This document shows positions 1 to 10,551 of a stretch of 48,317 bases of DNA, in pieces; position 1 is the stretch's first letter; each line of letters opens with the position of its first letter. Both the position numbers and the translations under genes were made by a program. This DNA is from Sulfolobales archaeon. GTDB lineage: Archaea; Thermoproteota; Thermoprotei_A; Sulfolobales; AG1. The notes beneath the pieces are model-generated. The model had not been told where the DNA came from and did no database searches. It saw only the letters and a list, made by a program, of their open reading frames with translations. The stretch is from NCBI GenBank assembly GCA_038867615.1, contig JAWBYA010000009.1, positions 1 through 48,317 on the forward strand, in the 5' to 3' direction.

Positions 1-84
1 TGTGGGGGTTTCTCTGCGGCATTGGGTTGGGGTCGAGGGTATGGGCTTCGATGAAAGGATCCCTGGGGCCGGTGAAGCCAAGGA
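1..84. repeat. Copy 1 (5'-truncated by the window edge) of an 84-bp identical repeat; possible IS200/IS605-derived non-autonomous element or structured RNA
   Basis: 1..84 is identical to 25542..25625; weaker similarity continues for about 45 nt. The element identity is inference. Confidence 0.9.
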
Positions 85-159
85 CTGAGCAGTTGGTACA
101 AAATCACCCGCTATGAGATCCAAACCCATGTTATGTCTATTGGATCGCTTTGTGTTTGG

Positions 160-1611
160 CTAGTATGTTTTAGCAATCCTAGCGATTGTTACTGCTTTCT
201 CACCACATATAGGGCACCTTAGATCTCCCAGTTCCCTCACCTCTAAAGGCGTTCCTAGCATTTTACTCGCTCCAGTCTTCTCGGTTATTTCAGTGGCGCA
301 TCTTTCTTTCCCGCACCATGGGATCTCGACGATGCCTGATCTAGTTGCTATTATATTAGCTGCCTCTTCTATCGTTCTAACTTGCCTTATATATGATCTA
401 AACTCATCCAATGCTTTTTTCTTCATGTTTTTCTCTATATCGCTCAGCGTCTCCTTCACGACACCTATGAGCTCTTCTCTGCCGGCCTTAAACCTGCTGA
501 AAGTATCTCTCCTGAAGATAGTAATACTATTCTCTCTCAGCTCTCTGGGTCCTACTTCTATCCTTAGAGGTATTCCCTTTATTTCATAGTAATAGTATTT
601 CTCAACCGGCTTCCTCTCTTTATCTAGATCTACGATCGATGCTAACCCCGATTTCTTCAGTTCATTATCTATATCGGAAGCGTATCTCCATACGAGATCT
701 GTTTCATCCTCGCTCTGCCCTGGTATCGGTATAATCACTACCTGTATTGGTGCCACACTTGGTAGGAGTACTGCACCTCTATCATCGCCATGGATCGATA
801 TGAGGGATGCTATAACCCTGTCTGAAACACCATAGCTTGTCTGCCACCCGTAATCCTGGCTACCGTCTTTTTTATGTATTATTGTTTCGAAAACCCGTGT
901 GAATGTTTGGCCCAGGTGGTGTACTGTCCCTATCTGGAGGACTCTTCCATCTGGTAGTACTGTATCGAAAGCCACTGTATATACAGCTCCGGGGAACTTA
1001 TCCCACTCAGGCCTTTTTGATACTATATATGGTATTCCGAGTTCGTCGAAGAATTTTGAATAGATCTCTATGGCTTCTCTCACCTGTCTATCAGCATCCT
1101 CGAAGCTGTCGTGAAGCGTGTGTGCCTCTTTAAATGTCGTCACCTCCCTCAGCCTTATCATTGGGCGTGTGGCTTTTGTCTCATACCTAAATATGCTGAC
1201 TACCTGGTATAGCTTCTTTGGAAGCTGCCTATAGCTCTTATACCAGAGGGTCTCCATATGTGTTATAGCAACCTCGCTGGTGGGTCTTAAGGCTAGCTTT
1301 ATATCAAGAGGATCTAGCCCTCCGTGTGTTACCCAGAACACTTCATCCTCGAAGCCCTTTATATGCTCACCCTCCTTCTTTATCATATCCTCCGTGATTA
1401 GGAGTGGGAACAACACCTCTTCATGTCCGCTTGAATTAAGCAGGTTTCTGAGTATGTTGAGAACCTTCTCCCTTATCTTGAACCCATATGGCATCCAGAC
1501 ACCGACACCCTTTACAGGATATCTACCATAGTCGTAGATCTCAGCCTCTGATAATACCCAGTCAAACCATCTTCCAAAACTCTCTCCCTTCTTTGATGGC
1601 GGCTTCTCCAC
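160..1611 (-). CDS. proS: Prolyl-tRNA synthetase (archaeal/eukaryotic type)
   Basis: [22 protein letters not shown] (motif 2), [17 protein letters not shown], anticodon-binding domain, C-terminal Zn site ending in Y. Confidence 0.97.
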   Translation of the reverse strand: MEKPPSKKGESFGRWFDWVLSEAEIYDYGRYPVKGVGVWMPYGFKIREKVLNILRNLLNSSGHEEVLFPLLITEDMIKKEGEHIKGFEDEVFWVTHGGLDPLDIKLALRPTSEVAITHMETLWYKSYRQLPKKLYQVVSIFRYETKATRPMIRLREVTTFKEAHTLHDSFEDADRQVREAIEIYSKFFDELGIPYIVSKRPEWDKFPGAVYTVAFDTVLPDGRVLQIGTVHHLGQTFTRVFETIIHKKDGSQDYGWQTSYGVSDRVIASLISIHGDDRGAVLLPSVAPIQVVIIPIPGQSEDETDLVWRYASDIDNELKKSGLASIVDLDKERKPVEKYYYYEIKGIPLRIEVGPRELRENSITIFRRDTFSRFKAGREELIGVVKETLSDIEKNMKKKALDEFRSYIRQVRTIEEAANIIATRSGIVEIPWCGKERCATEITEKTGASKMLGTPLEVRELGDLRCPICGEKAVTIARIAKTY

Positions 1612-1815
1612 CTGCTAGTCCCTTCCAGATATAACTATGGGGGGTGAAATGTTTTACAATGATCACCTACCAGTCGTTAGGCGTGATCCTTTATTTGGAA
1701 ACGTCCTAGTCTATCATAATAAGGTATAATAAGGCAAGGTTCTGGGGCTATATGTTTTCCTAGAAGATGTATTTTTATCCTGCCCATGCCTTGATTAATT
1801 CTGGTAGAGGTCTCT

Positions 1816-2181
1816 GTGTTGGAGGAGGAAAAAGAGGGCGATCTAAAGATAAGCGTGATCGATACGCTAAAGGTGATACCCCCTCCATCTATGCTTAAGG
1901 AGGATAGGAGGAGGGGGGTTGTTGAGAAGAGGATAAAGATTAGAAGATCTCCCAGCACTGAGGAGAATAAGGCTAGAATAAGCCCCTCCCTGGCTAAGGA
2001 GCTTGGGCTGAGTGGGGATGCAGTGGAAATAGTTGTTGCCGGAAGGAAGAGCCTCCAGCTAGCCCCTATTATTGATGAAAGTGTTCCTGAGAATGAGGTC
2101 TGGGTTAACGAGAATCTCCTTAAACTATACGGTATAGCTGACAACACCATAGCGACCATAAGGAGGGCTTCCAGGAGATGA
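1816..2181 (+). CDS. Small hypothetical protein, probable double-psi beta-barrel (CDC48-N-like)
   Basis: Internal repeat ARISPSLAKELGL / VWVNENLLKLYGI; ATGA overlap with the next gene. Confidence 0.6.
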   Translation: MLEEEKEGDLKISVIDTLKVIPPPSMLKEDRRRGVVEKRIKIRRSPSTEENKARISPSLAKELGLSGDAVEIVVAGRKSLQLAPIIDESVPENEVWVNENLLKLYGIADNTIATIRRASRR

Positions 2182-2618
2182 CAAAAGAGGCCCCAGAACC
2201 CTATGCCGCATATAGGCTTATGGAGGAGCTTGGAGAGATAATGGGGCATCACGATAGTATGCTTAAGTCTCTGAGGGCTGCGTGTATCAAGGTTAAGAAA
2301 GGCTCGGGATCAACGGATCTTATTGAAAGAAGAATACAGAGGGCTAGAAGTATTAGGGGTAAAGTGCTTCTAAATCTAAAAGCCATGGAGAGGCTTGCTG
2401 AGCATCTGGATAGCGAACTGGCATTAGAGGTTTCGGCCATGATGGTCTATATTGAGATGAGCGCGACTAAGGATGAGAAAAGATATTTGACTATAGCTAA
2501 AAAGATCCTAGGCGAAAGGGGTTTGCAGATAGATATAGAGCAGGATCTAGGTGAACTGGAAGAGATAGCAGAATTTGCCAGAAAGATATCAGAGAAACTT
2601 GCTGGGAGGAATTTATGA
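2178..2618 (+). CDS. Hypothetical helical protein
   Basis: 146-aa ORF with typical composition, 4-nt overlap with the upstream gene. Confidence 0.7.
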   Translation: MTKEAPEPYAAYRLMEELGEIMGHHDSMLKSLRAACIKVKKGSGSTDLIERRIQRARSIRGKVLLNLKAMERLAEHLDSELALEVSAMMVYIEMSATKDEKRYLTIAKKILGERGLQIDIEQDLGELEEIAEFARKISEKLAGRNL

Positions 2619-2984
2619 AGGCATGGTTCTCTGGCATCTAGTTACTAGCCGTATGATTCATACTTAATAGCGATGAGTATTACTATAATAAATATTTGGT
2701 TGCTCTGTCTCCAGCTTCGTAGCCTTTTCTTTGCCAGAATAATGGGGAAACAGTAATACCATGTTTATTCTGAGCATCGTGTTTGATGAATTATACTCCT
2801 GTTTATCGAATTCGGAGTGGCATATCATGCACGATGGATATTCAGTGCTTGTGCCTCTTTGGTACACCCACATTATTGATAGGTTTGAAGATATGTTTAT
2901 AGTTTCCCATAGACGTTCTATTTATTTTTAGCCATGGCGTTTCTCAAAAGGTTCTTTGGCTATTGATATGATCCTGAGCTAAAA

Positions 2985-3000
2985 GCTAACCAAATATAAC
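2985..3000 (+). promoter_or_regulatory. BRE/TATA-like promoter of the tRNA-Gln 5' half
   Basis: AATATAA at 2993-2999, 26-32 nt upstream of tRNA position 1 (3025). Confidence 0.55.
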
Positions 3001-3024
3001 CCCTTTTGATAATACATTACTTGG

Positions 3025-3081
3025 AGCCGGGTAGTCTAGCGGACAAGGATGCGGGGCTTTGGCCAGGCTGCGCCGCCCCCG
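3025..3081 (+). tRNA. tRNA-Gln(UUG) 5' half (positions 1-37 = 3025..3062) plus GC-rich trailer; candidate split tRNA
   Basis: AGCCGGG acceptor 5' strand, TA, D-arm GTCT/GGAT, anticodon stem CGGGG, loop CT-TTG-G; no T-arm or acceptor 3' strand follows. Confidence 0.8.
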
Positions 3082-3429
3082 TGCTCTAATCTATGCTGTT
3101 TCTTGGTGATATTTATGGTAGAGGGTTTGTTTTGAATAGGACAGTTTGACCAATGATATGGTCTCCATATCGTCTCTAGACGGCATGGATCAATATTCTT
3201 ACCACTACCTAGAGAATGATCCCCTAGTGAGTGTGATGCTCCATGCTCTTTGGCTCAAAGCAACTCACGATCCCATAAAATACAAATCCCTGAGGGCTAG
3301 GTAGAACTCTTTTGACTATTGCTAATATGCTTTTAATTCTTCTATCAAGGGACAAGCGGTTTATAAAAGGTTGATATGAATGTATGGGTAGGGGATCTTA
3401 TGGCTCTTTCTTTAAAGCAACCAATGTGC

Positions 3430-5529
3430 TTATCTCTTTATGATCACTCTGACCAGGGGTTGTGGTAGGGGCTCATAGGGTCTGCCCACTCCCTGGTAGA
3501 ATTTGCTGAACATTTCATAGAGGTGGAGCCTTAGTGTGTGGGCAAATGCGACTATAGACTCTAGCCCTAGATCCAGTAGGTTCCCTAATGCGTAGAGGAT
3601 CCATGCTGGTATTGCTACCACCCCACCGCTTTCTATCAAGGCGGCGACGGGGTGGTAGAAGGCTATGATTACTGCTATGTGTGCGAGAGCTATACCCATG
3701 ATCCTTAGATAGCTTATCGTATTTCCAATCAGTATGAGGATACCGTCAAAGAATTCCATAAAGCTGTTGGATATGCTTCTCAACCCCTCTCTCACGCCAT
3801 GCTCTATAGATTTAATTACTACTTCTCCCAGCAATATCCATATTAGCCCTATGAATAGCATTATTCTCGCTACTTCTGCTATATATCCAGGTGGGGAGGC
3901 GCCTGGCAGCGAGGCTATGTAGTAGTATGTTGCACCCACGGCCTCTATATTCTGGTAAGCGAACAGCGGTATTGTTATTGAGAGGAATAACAATAGCCTT
4001 GGTATGTCTCTAACAAGCATCTTCTCGATATCCCTCTCGATCATTGAATTAATAAGCCCTAGCAGTGTTGAAGCGGTGAGGGTTGCTCCCCCTATTCTTA
4101 GCGATATGAAGATCAGGAGTATAACGGCATTTCTGGCAGCGTCTTGAGAGGCTTCACCACCTATTGGGATAGCCAGCGGGGGTTTCATGTGGAGTGCTTC
4201 TTCGTACCAGTGCTCAAGAGCTTTGGCGACGGGCGTGGCTGGTCCGAAAAACTCGGCTGATAGCAATCCGGTTATTATAGCGGCTATCGATATGTATATC
4301 ACGATTTCTCCCAAACTCTTGTAGGAACTATTTGTTCTCCCAATTACTTTATAGAATAAGAGCCCAGCTATTAGTAGTACGATTCCATGTCCGAGGTCTG
4401 GGAACATGAGGCCAAAGATCAGGGGAAATGTTATTGTGGTTATATATATGGGGATCACCTCTCTATAGCTTGGAGGACCGTAGAGTTCTGAGACCATTTT
4501 AAACACCTCAAGCCTCTTTGGTATTGAGTATTTCGATGGGGGTTCTTCGTCGAGGTTCTTTTCAAGCCTGCCTATCTCCCTTACCTCTATTGTGGCATTA
4601 TCGCCGAGTCTTTCCCTTAGCAGCTTTAGTGATGGCTCAAGCCTGCTTTTGGGTATATAGCCCTCTATAACGGAGTATCTCCCTTTATCCTTTGTCCTCG
4701 AGATTAGGTGGAGGGCTTCTCTAGCCGTTTTTAGCCCTGCGTATGTAGTTATAAACTCTTTGGAGACTTCTTGGAAGATCTTTCTGGCTGTTTCTCTTAT
4801 CGCATTTAGCTCCGATCTAGCTTCGCTAAGCTCTTTAGCTATCTGATCAGCAAGAACCCTAGGATTAGTTGGATAGCCTTTCGGGATCTCCAGCTCCCTG
4901 GCTCTCTCTACCCTTAGTATATCTCCCATCTCCTCATCAATTCTCTTGGTCACTATAAGTAGAACAGAGTTATCCTGATCCAGTTCCTTTTCGACTGCTA
5001 GGTATAGCTTGTTCCTTTTCTCTACAGCCCCCAGGATTCTCGGTACCCTATCCTTTGGAGAGATGATTAGATAGGCCTTCAAAATATCTCCATCAAGGAT
5101 CCCGTTGAGATCTACGTCAAACTCTCTTAACACATTCATAGCCATACCTAGAGGCTCTAACCTCGAGATCTTATCCTGCAGATCCCTTGCTTTTCTATAG
5201 ATATCATCGAATCTTTTATCAAGATCCTTTACCCTCTCAAGAAGTTTCACCGTTATTTCAAACCATCCGCTCCCCTCCACTGAATGATCTGATGGAGATG
5301 TGGAAATAACATTGCTGGGATAGCCTGAAAGCTGCATGTATTGTTCTAACCTGTTTATGGCCTCATTAACGCTAGGGATCATTATTCTTGCTCTCTCAAC
5401 ATCCTTACCCTCACCGATCCTTGATACAGGTTGGAAAGCCCCTGTGTCTAGCAATGCTTGAACCGCTATATCAAGATCCTTTTTAGAGATCAGCATAGAG
5501 ATCCTAACCATTCTCTCCGGCAGAAGCAC
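3430..5529 (-). CDS. atpI: A1A0 ATP synthase subunit I (a)
   Basis: N-terminal PERMVRISM, FGLMFPDLGHG, GNTISYLRIMG with the essential Arg, HTLRLHLYEMFSKFY. Confidence 0.95.
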   Translation of the reverse strand: MLLPERMVRISMLISKKDLDIAVQALLDTGAFQPVSRIGEGKDVERARIMIPSVNEAINRLEQYMQLSGYPSNVISTSPSDHSVEGSGWFEITVKLLERVKDLDKRFDDIYRKARDLQDKISRLEPLGMAMNVLREFDVDLNGILDGDILKAYLIISPKDRVPRILGAVEKRNKLYLAVEKELDQDNSVLLIVTKRIDEEMGDILRVERARELEIPKGYPTNPRVLADQIAKELSEARSELNAIRETARKIFQEVSKEFITTYAGLKTAREALHLISRTKDKGRYSVIEGYIPKSRLEPSLKLLRERLGDNATIEVREIGRLEKNLDEEPPSKYSIPKRLEVFKMVSELYGPPSYREVIPIYITTITFPLIFGLMFPDLGHGIVLLIAGLLFYKVIGRTNSSYKSLGEIVIYISIAAIITGLLSAEFFGPATPVAKALEHWYEEALHMKPPLAIPIGGEASQDAARNAVILLIFISLRIGGATLTASTLLGLINSMIERDIEKMLVRDIPRLLLFLSITIPLFAYQNIEAVGATYYYIASLPGASPPGYIAEVARIMLFIGLIWILLGEVVIKSIEHGVREGLRSISNSFMEFFDGILILIGNTISYLRIMGIALAHIAVIIAFYHPVAALIESGGVVAIPAWILYALGNLLDLGLESIVAFAHTLRLHLYEMFSKFYQGVGRPYEPLPQPLVRVIIKR

Positions 5530-5610
5530 CTAAAGCACCTCTCCAAATCTCCGTATATTCTGTATAAATCAAGCTTATTTAATTTGAAGCAGAATAATAC
5601 GGGGCAGCTT
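5530..5610. promoter_or_regulatory. Bidirectional promoter between atpI and atpF
   Basis: TTTATACA on the minus strand (5568-5561) and TATTTAAT on the plus strand (5576-5583) at promoter-like distance from both starts. Confidence 0.55.
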
Positions 5611-5919
5611 TTGAATAGGGGAAGAGTTGTGGTTCTCGGTGACAGATATACGGTCAGTGCCTTTGGTCTGATAGGGGTTGATGGTATAGTTGTTGAGAGT
5701 GCTGAGGAGGCTGAGAAGAGCCTCAAAACCCTCTCGAGATCCGGTGATGTCTCTTTAGTTATAATCACCAAGGATGTAGCAGATCTTGTGCCCGATGTTG
5801 TGGAAAACATATCAATGAGGGTTGGGATGCCGGTTATAACAGTGATTCCCAGTAGGTGGAGTGATGTGAAGCCGATAGATGCAGCATCTCTTCTTAAGAA
5901 AGCCTTGGGCGTGGGGTGA
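5611..5919 (+). CDS. atpF: A1A0 ATP synthase subunit F
   Basis: VVVLGDRYTVSAFGLIGV and KKALG motifs; start reassigned from 5458 to TTG 5611. Confidence 0.9.
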   Translation: MNRGRVVVLGDRYTVSAFGLIGVDGIVVESAEEAEKSLKTLSRSGDVSLVIITKDVADLVPDVVENISMRVGMPVITVIPSRWSDVKPIDAASLLKKALGVG

Positions 5920-6540
5920 TTGGTCGTGTCGCTCCAGCATAGGGTATATGGTGATCCACTTAAGCTCGTTGAAGAGATAGTCTCGGAGATCGATGTAAAG
6001 CTGGAGAAGGATTTAGAAGAAGTTGAGAAAAATGTAAGGCAGCTGGTCAATGATGCGATAAATAGAAAGGCTAACGAGCTTAGGGCAAAGATAGATGATG
6101 CTATTAAGAGGTATAGGAGTGCTATTGAGAGTTCTAGGTCTAAGATCGAAGTTGATCTTAGGAAGATTGCTGAGAGGAGAAAGGAAGAGTGGATAGACAA
6201 AGTTATTGAGGATCTAAAAGGAAGATTTGTGAAAGGATTTGTTAGTGATAAGAGTCTCTATAAGGAGTTTTTGGAGAAATCGCTAGAGTGGGTTTTATCA
6301 GTTGAGAGCAAGATCAACATAGAGACTGATAGGAATACTGCAGGCATCATCGAGGAGATCGTGAACGAGCTGAAAGTAAGCGATAGGGTTAATATTATAA
6401 GCAGGGATCTTAGGATAAGTGGAGGCTTTATAGCGATATCCAGCGATAAGGCTGTGAGATATAATTACTCTCTGGAACATGTGATAGAGAGTAACATGTA
6501 CGAGCTTAAAGTCAGGGTGGCAAAAATTCTCTTTGGGTGA
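5920..6540 (+). CDS. atpE: A1A0 ATP synthase subunit E
   Basis: N-terminal coiled coil, ISGGFIA..RYNYSLE, ends KILFG; position between F and A (start may be GTG 5926). Confidence 0.88.
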   Translation: MVVSLQHRVYGDPLKLVEEIVSEIDVKLEKDLEEVEKNVRQLVNDAINRKANELRAKIDDAIKRYRSAIESSRSKIEVDLRKIAERRKEEWIDKVIEDLKGRFVKGFVSDKSLYKEFLEKSLEWVLSVESKINIETDRNTAGIIEEIVNELKVSDRVNIISRDLRISGGFIAISSDKAVRYNYSLEHVIESNMYELKVRVAKILFG

Positions 6541-6546
6541 GGGTGT

Positions 6547-8325
6547 TTGCAGGAGAGGAAGGGGAGGGTAATAAGGATTAGTGGAAGCCTCGTAGTAGCT
6601 GAAGGATTACCAATGCCCCAGATGTACGAGGTAGCCGAGGTTGGGGAGCAAAGACTCGTGGGAGAGATTGTGAGAATAGATGGTGATAGATCCTATATAC
6701 AGGTCTATGAATCCACATCCGGCTTGAGACCAGGCGAGCCTGTATATGGAACAGGCTCTCCGCTATCTGTAGAACTGGGTCCAGGCCTAATAGGCCAGAT
6801 CTTCGACGGGATCCAGAGACCACTCAAAAGAATAGCTGAGTCTAGCAAGAGTATTTTCGTGTTGAGGGGAGTTAAGCTTGATGCTGTTCCGAGGGATAGG
6901 AGGTATGTATTCACCCCGTCGAAGGAGTTAAAGCCTGGTGATAAGGTTGGGCCTGGCGATATCATAGGCTATGTTGACGAGACCCCGCTTATAAGGCACT
7001 GGGTTATGATCCCACATGGGGTTAGTGGTAGGCTTATTGAGATCTCTTCCGAGGGAGATTATGGTGTGGAGGATCCCATAGCATATGTTGAGGCCGATGG
7101 TGAGAAGATAGCTGTAAGAATGTTGCAGAAATGGCCTGCTAGGAGGCCGAGGCCTTTTAAGGAGAAGCTAGAGCCAGAATTACCAATGCTTACTGGAATG
7201 AGGATCTTGGATACTTTGTTCCCTATGGCGAAGGGAGGTACAGGGGCTATACCAGGAGGTTTCGGCACTGGAAAGACTGTTACTCTCCATAGCCTGGCTA
7301 TGTGGAGCGATGCTAAGGTTGTGATCTATATTGGGTGTGGGGAGAGGGGTAATGAGATGACTGAGGTTCTTGAGAAGTTCCCAACATATAAGGATCCGTG
7401 GAGTGGTAGGCCGCTGATGGAAAGGACGATATTGATCGCTAATACGAGTAATATGCCAGTGTCGGCTAGAGAGGCTAGCATATATGTTGGTGTGACCATG
7501 GCTGAGTATTATAGAGATATGGGTTATGATGTGCTTCTAGTAGCTGACTCCACTAGCAGATGGGCTGAGGCTCTCAGGGAGATTGCTGGCAGGCTTGAGG
7601 AGATGCCTGCCGAGGAGGGTTACCCAAGCTATCTACAGAGCAGGTTAGCCGAGTTCTATGAGAGGGCTGGTAGGGTTGTGGCTGTTGGAGAGCCTAAGAG
7701 GATAGGCTCGGTAACCCTGGTGGGGGCTGTCTCACCTCCTGGTGCTGATTTTACAGAGCCTGTTACAACCCATACCAGGAGGTTTATAAGGGTTTTCTGG
7801 GCTCTGGATACGGCTCTCGCGTATTCCAGGCACTATCCCGCTATAAATTGGATAACAAGCTACTCAGCATATGTGGATACTGTGAGTGGGTGGTGGGCTA
7901 GGAATGTTGATAAGGAATGGAGGGATCTGAGGGATAGCCTATACTCCATCCTCTTGAGGGAGAACGAGCTTAGAGAGATCGTGAGGCTGATCGGGCCTGA
8001 GAACCTGTCAGAGCCTGATAAGCTCATCATGGAGACTGCTAGGATCATTAGGGAGGGGTTCCTGAAGCAGAACGCCTATGATAAAATAGATGCATTCGCA
8101 TCGCCCCAGAAGCAGGTTAAGCTGATGAGGGCTATGGTCAACTTCTATAGAAATGCCAAGAAGCTAGTTGACTCTGGAGTACCTGTTAAGATTATCAGGG
8201 AGAAGACACAGGATCTCATAACAGAACTGATCAAGGCGAGATTCACTATACCCAACGAGGAGCTTGATAAGCTGGGCGAGCTTGAGAAGAGGATCGCTGA
8301 GAGATTGAGCCAGATAGGGGGGTGA
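6547..8325 (+). CDS. atpA: A1A0 ATP synthase subunit A (catalytic)
   Basis: P-loop [37 protein letters not shown]; no intein. Confidence 0.98.
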   Translation: MQERKGRVIRISGSLVVAEGLPMPQMYEVAEVGEQRLVGEIVRIDGDRSYIQVYESTSGLRPGEPVYGTGSPLSVELGPGLIGQIFDGIQRPLKRIAESSKSIFVLRGVKLDAVPRDRRYVFTPSKELKPGDKVGPGDIIGYVDETPLIRHWVMIPHGVSGRLIEISSEGDYGVEDPIAYVEADGEKIAVRMLQKWPARRPRPFKEKLEPELPMLTGMRILDTLFPMAKGGTGAIPGGFGTGKTVTLHSLAMWSDAKVVIYIGCGERGNEMTEVLEKFPTYKDPWSGRPLMERTILIANTSNMPVSAREASIYVGVTMAEYYRDMGYDVLLVADSTSRWAEALREIAGRLEEMPAEEGYPSYLQSRLAEFYERAGRVVAVGEPKRIGSVTLVGAVSPPGADFTEPVTTHTRRFIRVFWALDTALAYSRHYPAINWITSYSAYVDTVSGWWARNVDKEWRDLRDSLYSILLRENELREIVRLIGPENLSEPDKLIMETARIIREGFLKQNAYDKIDAFASPQKQVKLMRAMVNFYRNAKKLVDSGVPVKIIREKTQDLITELIKARFTIPNEELDKLGELEKRIAERLSQIGG

Positions 8326-8330
8326 TAGGG

Positions 8331-9734
8331 ATGCAGTCTTCTCAGTATGTCGAGTATGAGACTATAAAGGAGATTAGGGGACCGCTGGTAATAGTTGAGA
8401 AGATTGGTAGTGTAGCTTTCGATGAGATGGTTGAGCTGGAGCTAAGCAATGGGGAGAAGAGAAGTGGGAGGGTGCTTGAGGTTGGGTTGGGCTATGCTGT
8501 TGTCCAGATCTTTGAGGGAACTAGTGGTGTGAGCACCAAGGGTACGAAGGTAAAGTTTCTGGGCAAAACGCTAGAGGTTCCTGTCTCGGAGGCAATGTTA
8601 GGAAGGATCTTTGACGGTCTTGGGAGGCCTCTTGATGGAGGACCTCCGGTGATTGCTGAGGAAAGGAGAGATATAAACGGGTTCCCCATAAACCCCGCCT
8701 CAAGGGCATATCCAGAGGACTTTATACAGACAGGAGTATCGGCTATAGATGGTATGAACACGCTTGTGAGAGGTCAGAAGCTCCCCCTCTTCAGCGGTAG
8801 CGGTCTTCCCCACAACATGCTTGCAGCCCAAATAGCTAGGCAGGCTACTGTGAGGGGTGAGAGGGAAGAGTTCGCTGTGGTTTTCGCTGCTATGGGTATT
8901 AAGTATGATGAGGCATTGTTCTTCAGGAAGTTCTTCGAAGAGACTGGCGCTATAAAAAGAGTAGCCATGTTTATAAACCTAGCTGACGAGCCCGCTATGG
9001 TTAGGCTTATAACGCCCAGGATGGCGCTCACGCTTGCCGAGTATCTAGCCTTTGAGAGGGATATGCATGTCCTGGTCATACTTACTGATATGACGAGCTA
9101 TGCTGAGGCTTTGAGGGAGATAAGCTCTGCTAGGGAGGAGGTTCCCGGGAGACAGGGGTATCCTGGCTATATGTATTCCGATCTAGCCTCTATATATGAG
9201 CGTGCTGGAAGGGCTATAGGTAAGAAGGGATCTATAACCCAGATGCCAATACTCACAATGCCTGCTGATGATATAACGCACCCAATACCAGATCTAACCG
9301 GGTATATAACAGAAGGACAGGTGGTGCTGGATAGAGGTCTGTATAATAGAGGTATATACCCACCGATAAACGTCCTCATGAGTCTCTCAAGGCTTATGAA
9401 GGAGGGGATAGGTCCTGGGAAGACCAGAGAGGATCATGGTGATGTGAGCAACCAGCTTTATGCGGCATACTCAAGAGCACAGGAGCTAAGGGGTCTTGCT
9501 GTGATTGTTGGTGAGGAGAGCCTCACAGATACAGATAGGAGGTATCTGAGGTTTGGCGAGGCGTTTGAAAGGCGATTCCTCTCCCAAGGCTTCTACGAGA
9601 ACAGATCTATTGAGGAGACCCTAGACATAGGCTGGGAGGTGCTCTCAATACTGCCTGAGAGCGAGTTGACCAATATAAAGGATGTCTTTATACAGAAGTA
9701 TCATCCGAGAAGGAGATCCAGCGGGGGTAGCTAG
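8331..9734 (+). CDS. atpB: A1A0 ATP synthase subunit B
   Basis: [44 protein letters not shown]; ATG 8331 follows a GGGGTGA SD. Confidence 0.98.
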   Translation: MQSSQYVEYETIKEIRGPLVIVEKIGSVAFDEMVELELSNGEKRSGRVLEVGLGYAVVQIFEGTSGVSTKGTKVKFLGKTLEVPVSEAMLGRIFDGLGRPLDGGPPVIAEERRDINGFPINPASRAYPEDFIQTGVSAIDGMNTLVRGQKLPLFSGSGLPHNMLAAQIARQATVRGEREEFAVVFAAMGIKYDEALFFRKFFEETGAIKRVAMFINLADEPAMVRLITPRMALTLAEYLAFERDMHVLVILTDMTSYAEALREISSAREEVPGRQGYPGYMYSDLASIYERAGRAIGKKGSITQMPILTMPADDITHPIPDLTGYITEGQVVLDRGLYNRGIYPPINVLMSLSRLMKEGIGPGKTREDHGDVSNQLYAAYSRAQELRGLAVIVGEESLTDTDRRYLRFGEAFERRFLSQGFYENRSIEETLDIGWEVLSILPESELTNIKDVFIQKYHPRRRSSGGS

Positions 9735-10382
9735 GTGGCTATAGATCCTAGGGCTATTCTTCCCACAAAAATCAATCTAATCAATCTTAGAAGAAGCTAT
9801 AGCACTATAAGGAGGATTAGGAGAGTTCTTGAGGATAAGAGAGAGGTTCTCCTCCTAAACATAAGGCTAGCCATCGATGAGTTTACAAGGCTCCAGAGCT
9901 CGGTGAGGGAGAAGCTTAAAAAAGCATATGATGCTTACTTCCTAGCGGTGGCTCAGATAGGCTATATGGGGGTGAGGAGTATAGAGCTCCCAATACCTAA
10001 GGCGGTATCCCTACATGTTGGTGAGAGGGCTGCTTTCGGAATCAAGATCCCGGTTCTAACCCTCGACAAGAGCACGCTCAAAGAACCTGAATATCCGCCG
10101 GGAACCACACCGTATAGTCTTGACCTAGCGGTTTCTCTCCTCAAAGAAGCTCTGGAAGAGATAGTGAAGCTGGCTGAGGCAGAGGCGACGCTTAGGAGAC
10201 TATTGGAGGAGCTTAGAAGAACCCAGAAGCTTATGAATGCTATCGATTATATAATAATACCAAGCTATACAAGCGCGATCAAGAGAATCAGGATGTTCCT
10301 CGATGAGAGAATGAGAGAGGATTTCATAAGGTTAAAGGTTATGAAGAAAAAGCTTATAGCTAGGGGTGCCGCGCGTGGTTGA
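9735..10382 (+). CDS. atpD: A1A0 ATP synthase subunit D
   Basis: PTKINLINL, LEDKREVL, RRTQKLMNAIDYIIIP, REDFIRLK. Confidence 0.95.
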   Translation: MAIDPRAILPTKINLINLRRSYSTIRRIRRVLEDKREVLLLNIRLAIDEFTRLQSSVREKLKKAYDAYFLAVAQIGYMGVRSIELPIPKAVSLHVGERAAFGIKIPVLTLDKSTLKEPEYPPGTTPYSLDLAVSLLKEALEEIVKLAEAEATLRRLLEELRRTQKLMNAIDYIIIPSYTSAIKRIRMFLDERMREDFIRLKVMKKKLIARGAARG

Positions 10383-10551
10383 GGACATCCTGAGAAGCTT
10401 CGATAAAATAGTGGAGGAGAAAAGGAAAGCTGTTGACGAGGAAATAGCCAGGATCATAGATAGCGTTAGGTCTAGAAGAAGAGAAGAGATCCTTAAAATA
10501 AAGGATAAAGCTTTAAAGCAGATTATGCAATTACTTAAATCGGGGACTTAA
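10375..10551 (+). CDS. Small charged coiled-coil ATP synthase subunit (crenarchaeal G/epsilon-like)
   Basis: About 58 aa between D and K, GGGGTG SD 6 nt before GTG 10375, overlaps both neighbours. Confidence 0.7.
   Translation: MVEDILRSFDKIVEEKRKAVDEEIARIIDSVRSRRREEILKIKDKALKQIMQLLKSGT

Noticed and set aside
7255-7281. AtpA P-loop GGFGTGKT instead of GPFGSGKT
   Set aside because: A common variant in archaeal A subunits; not unusual.
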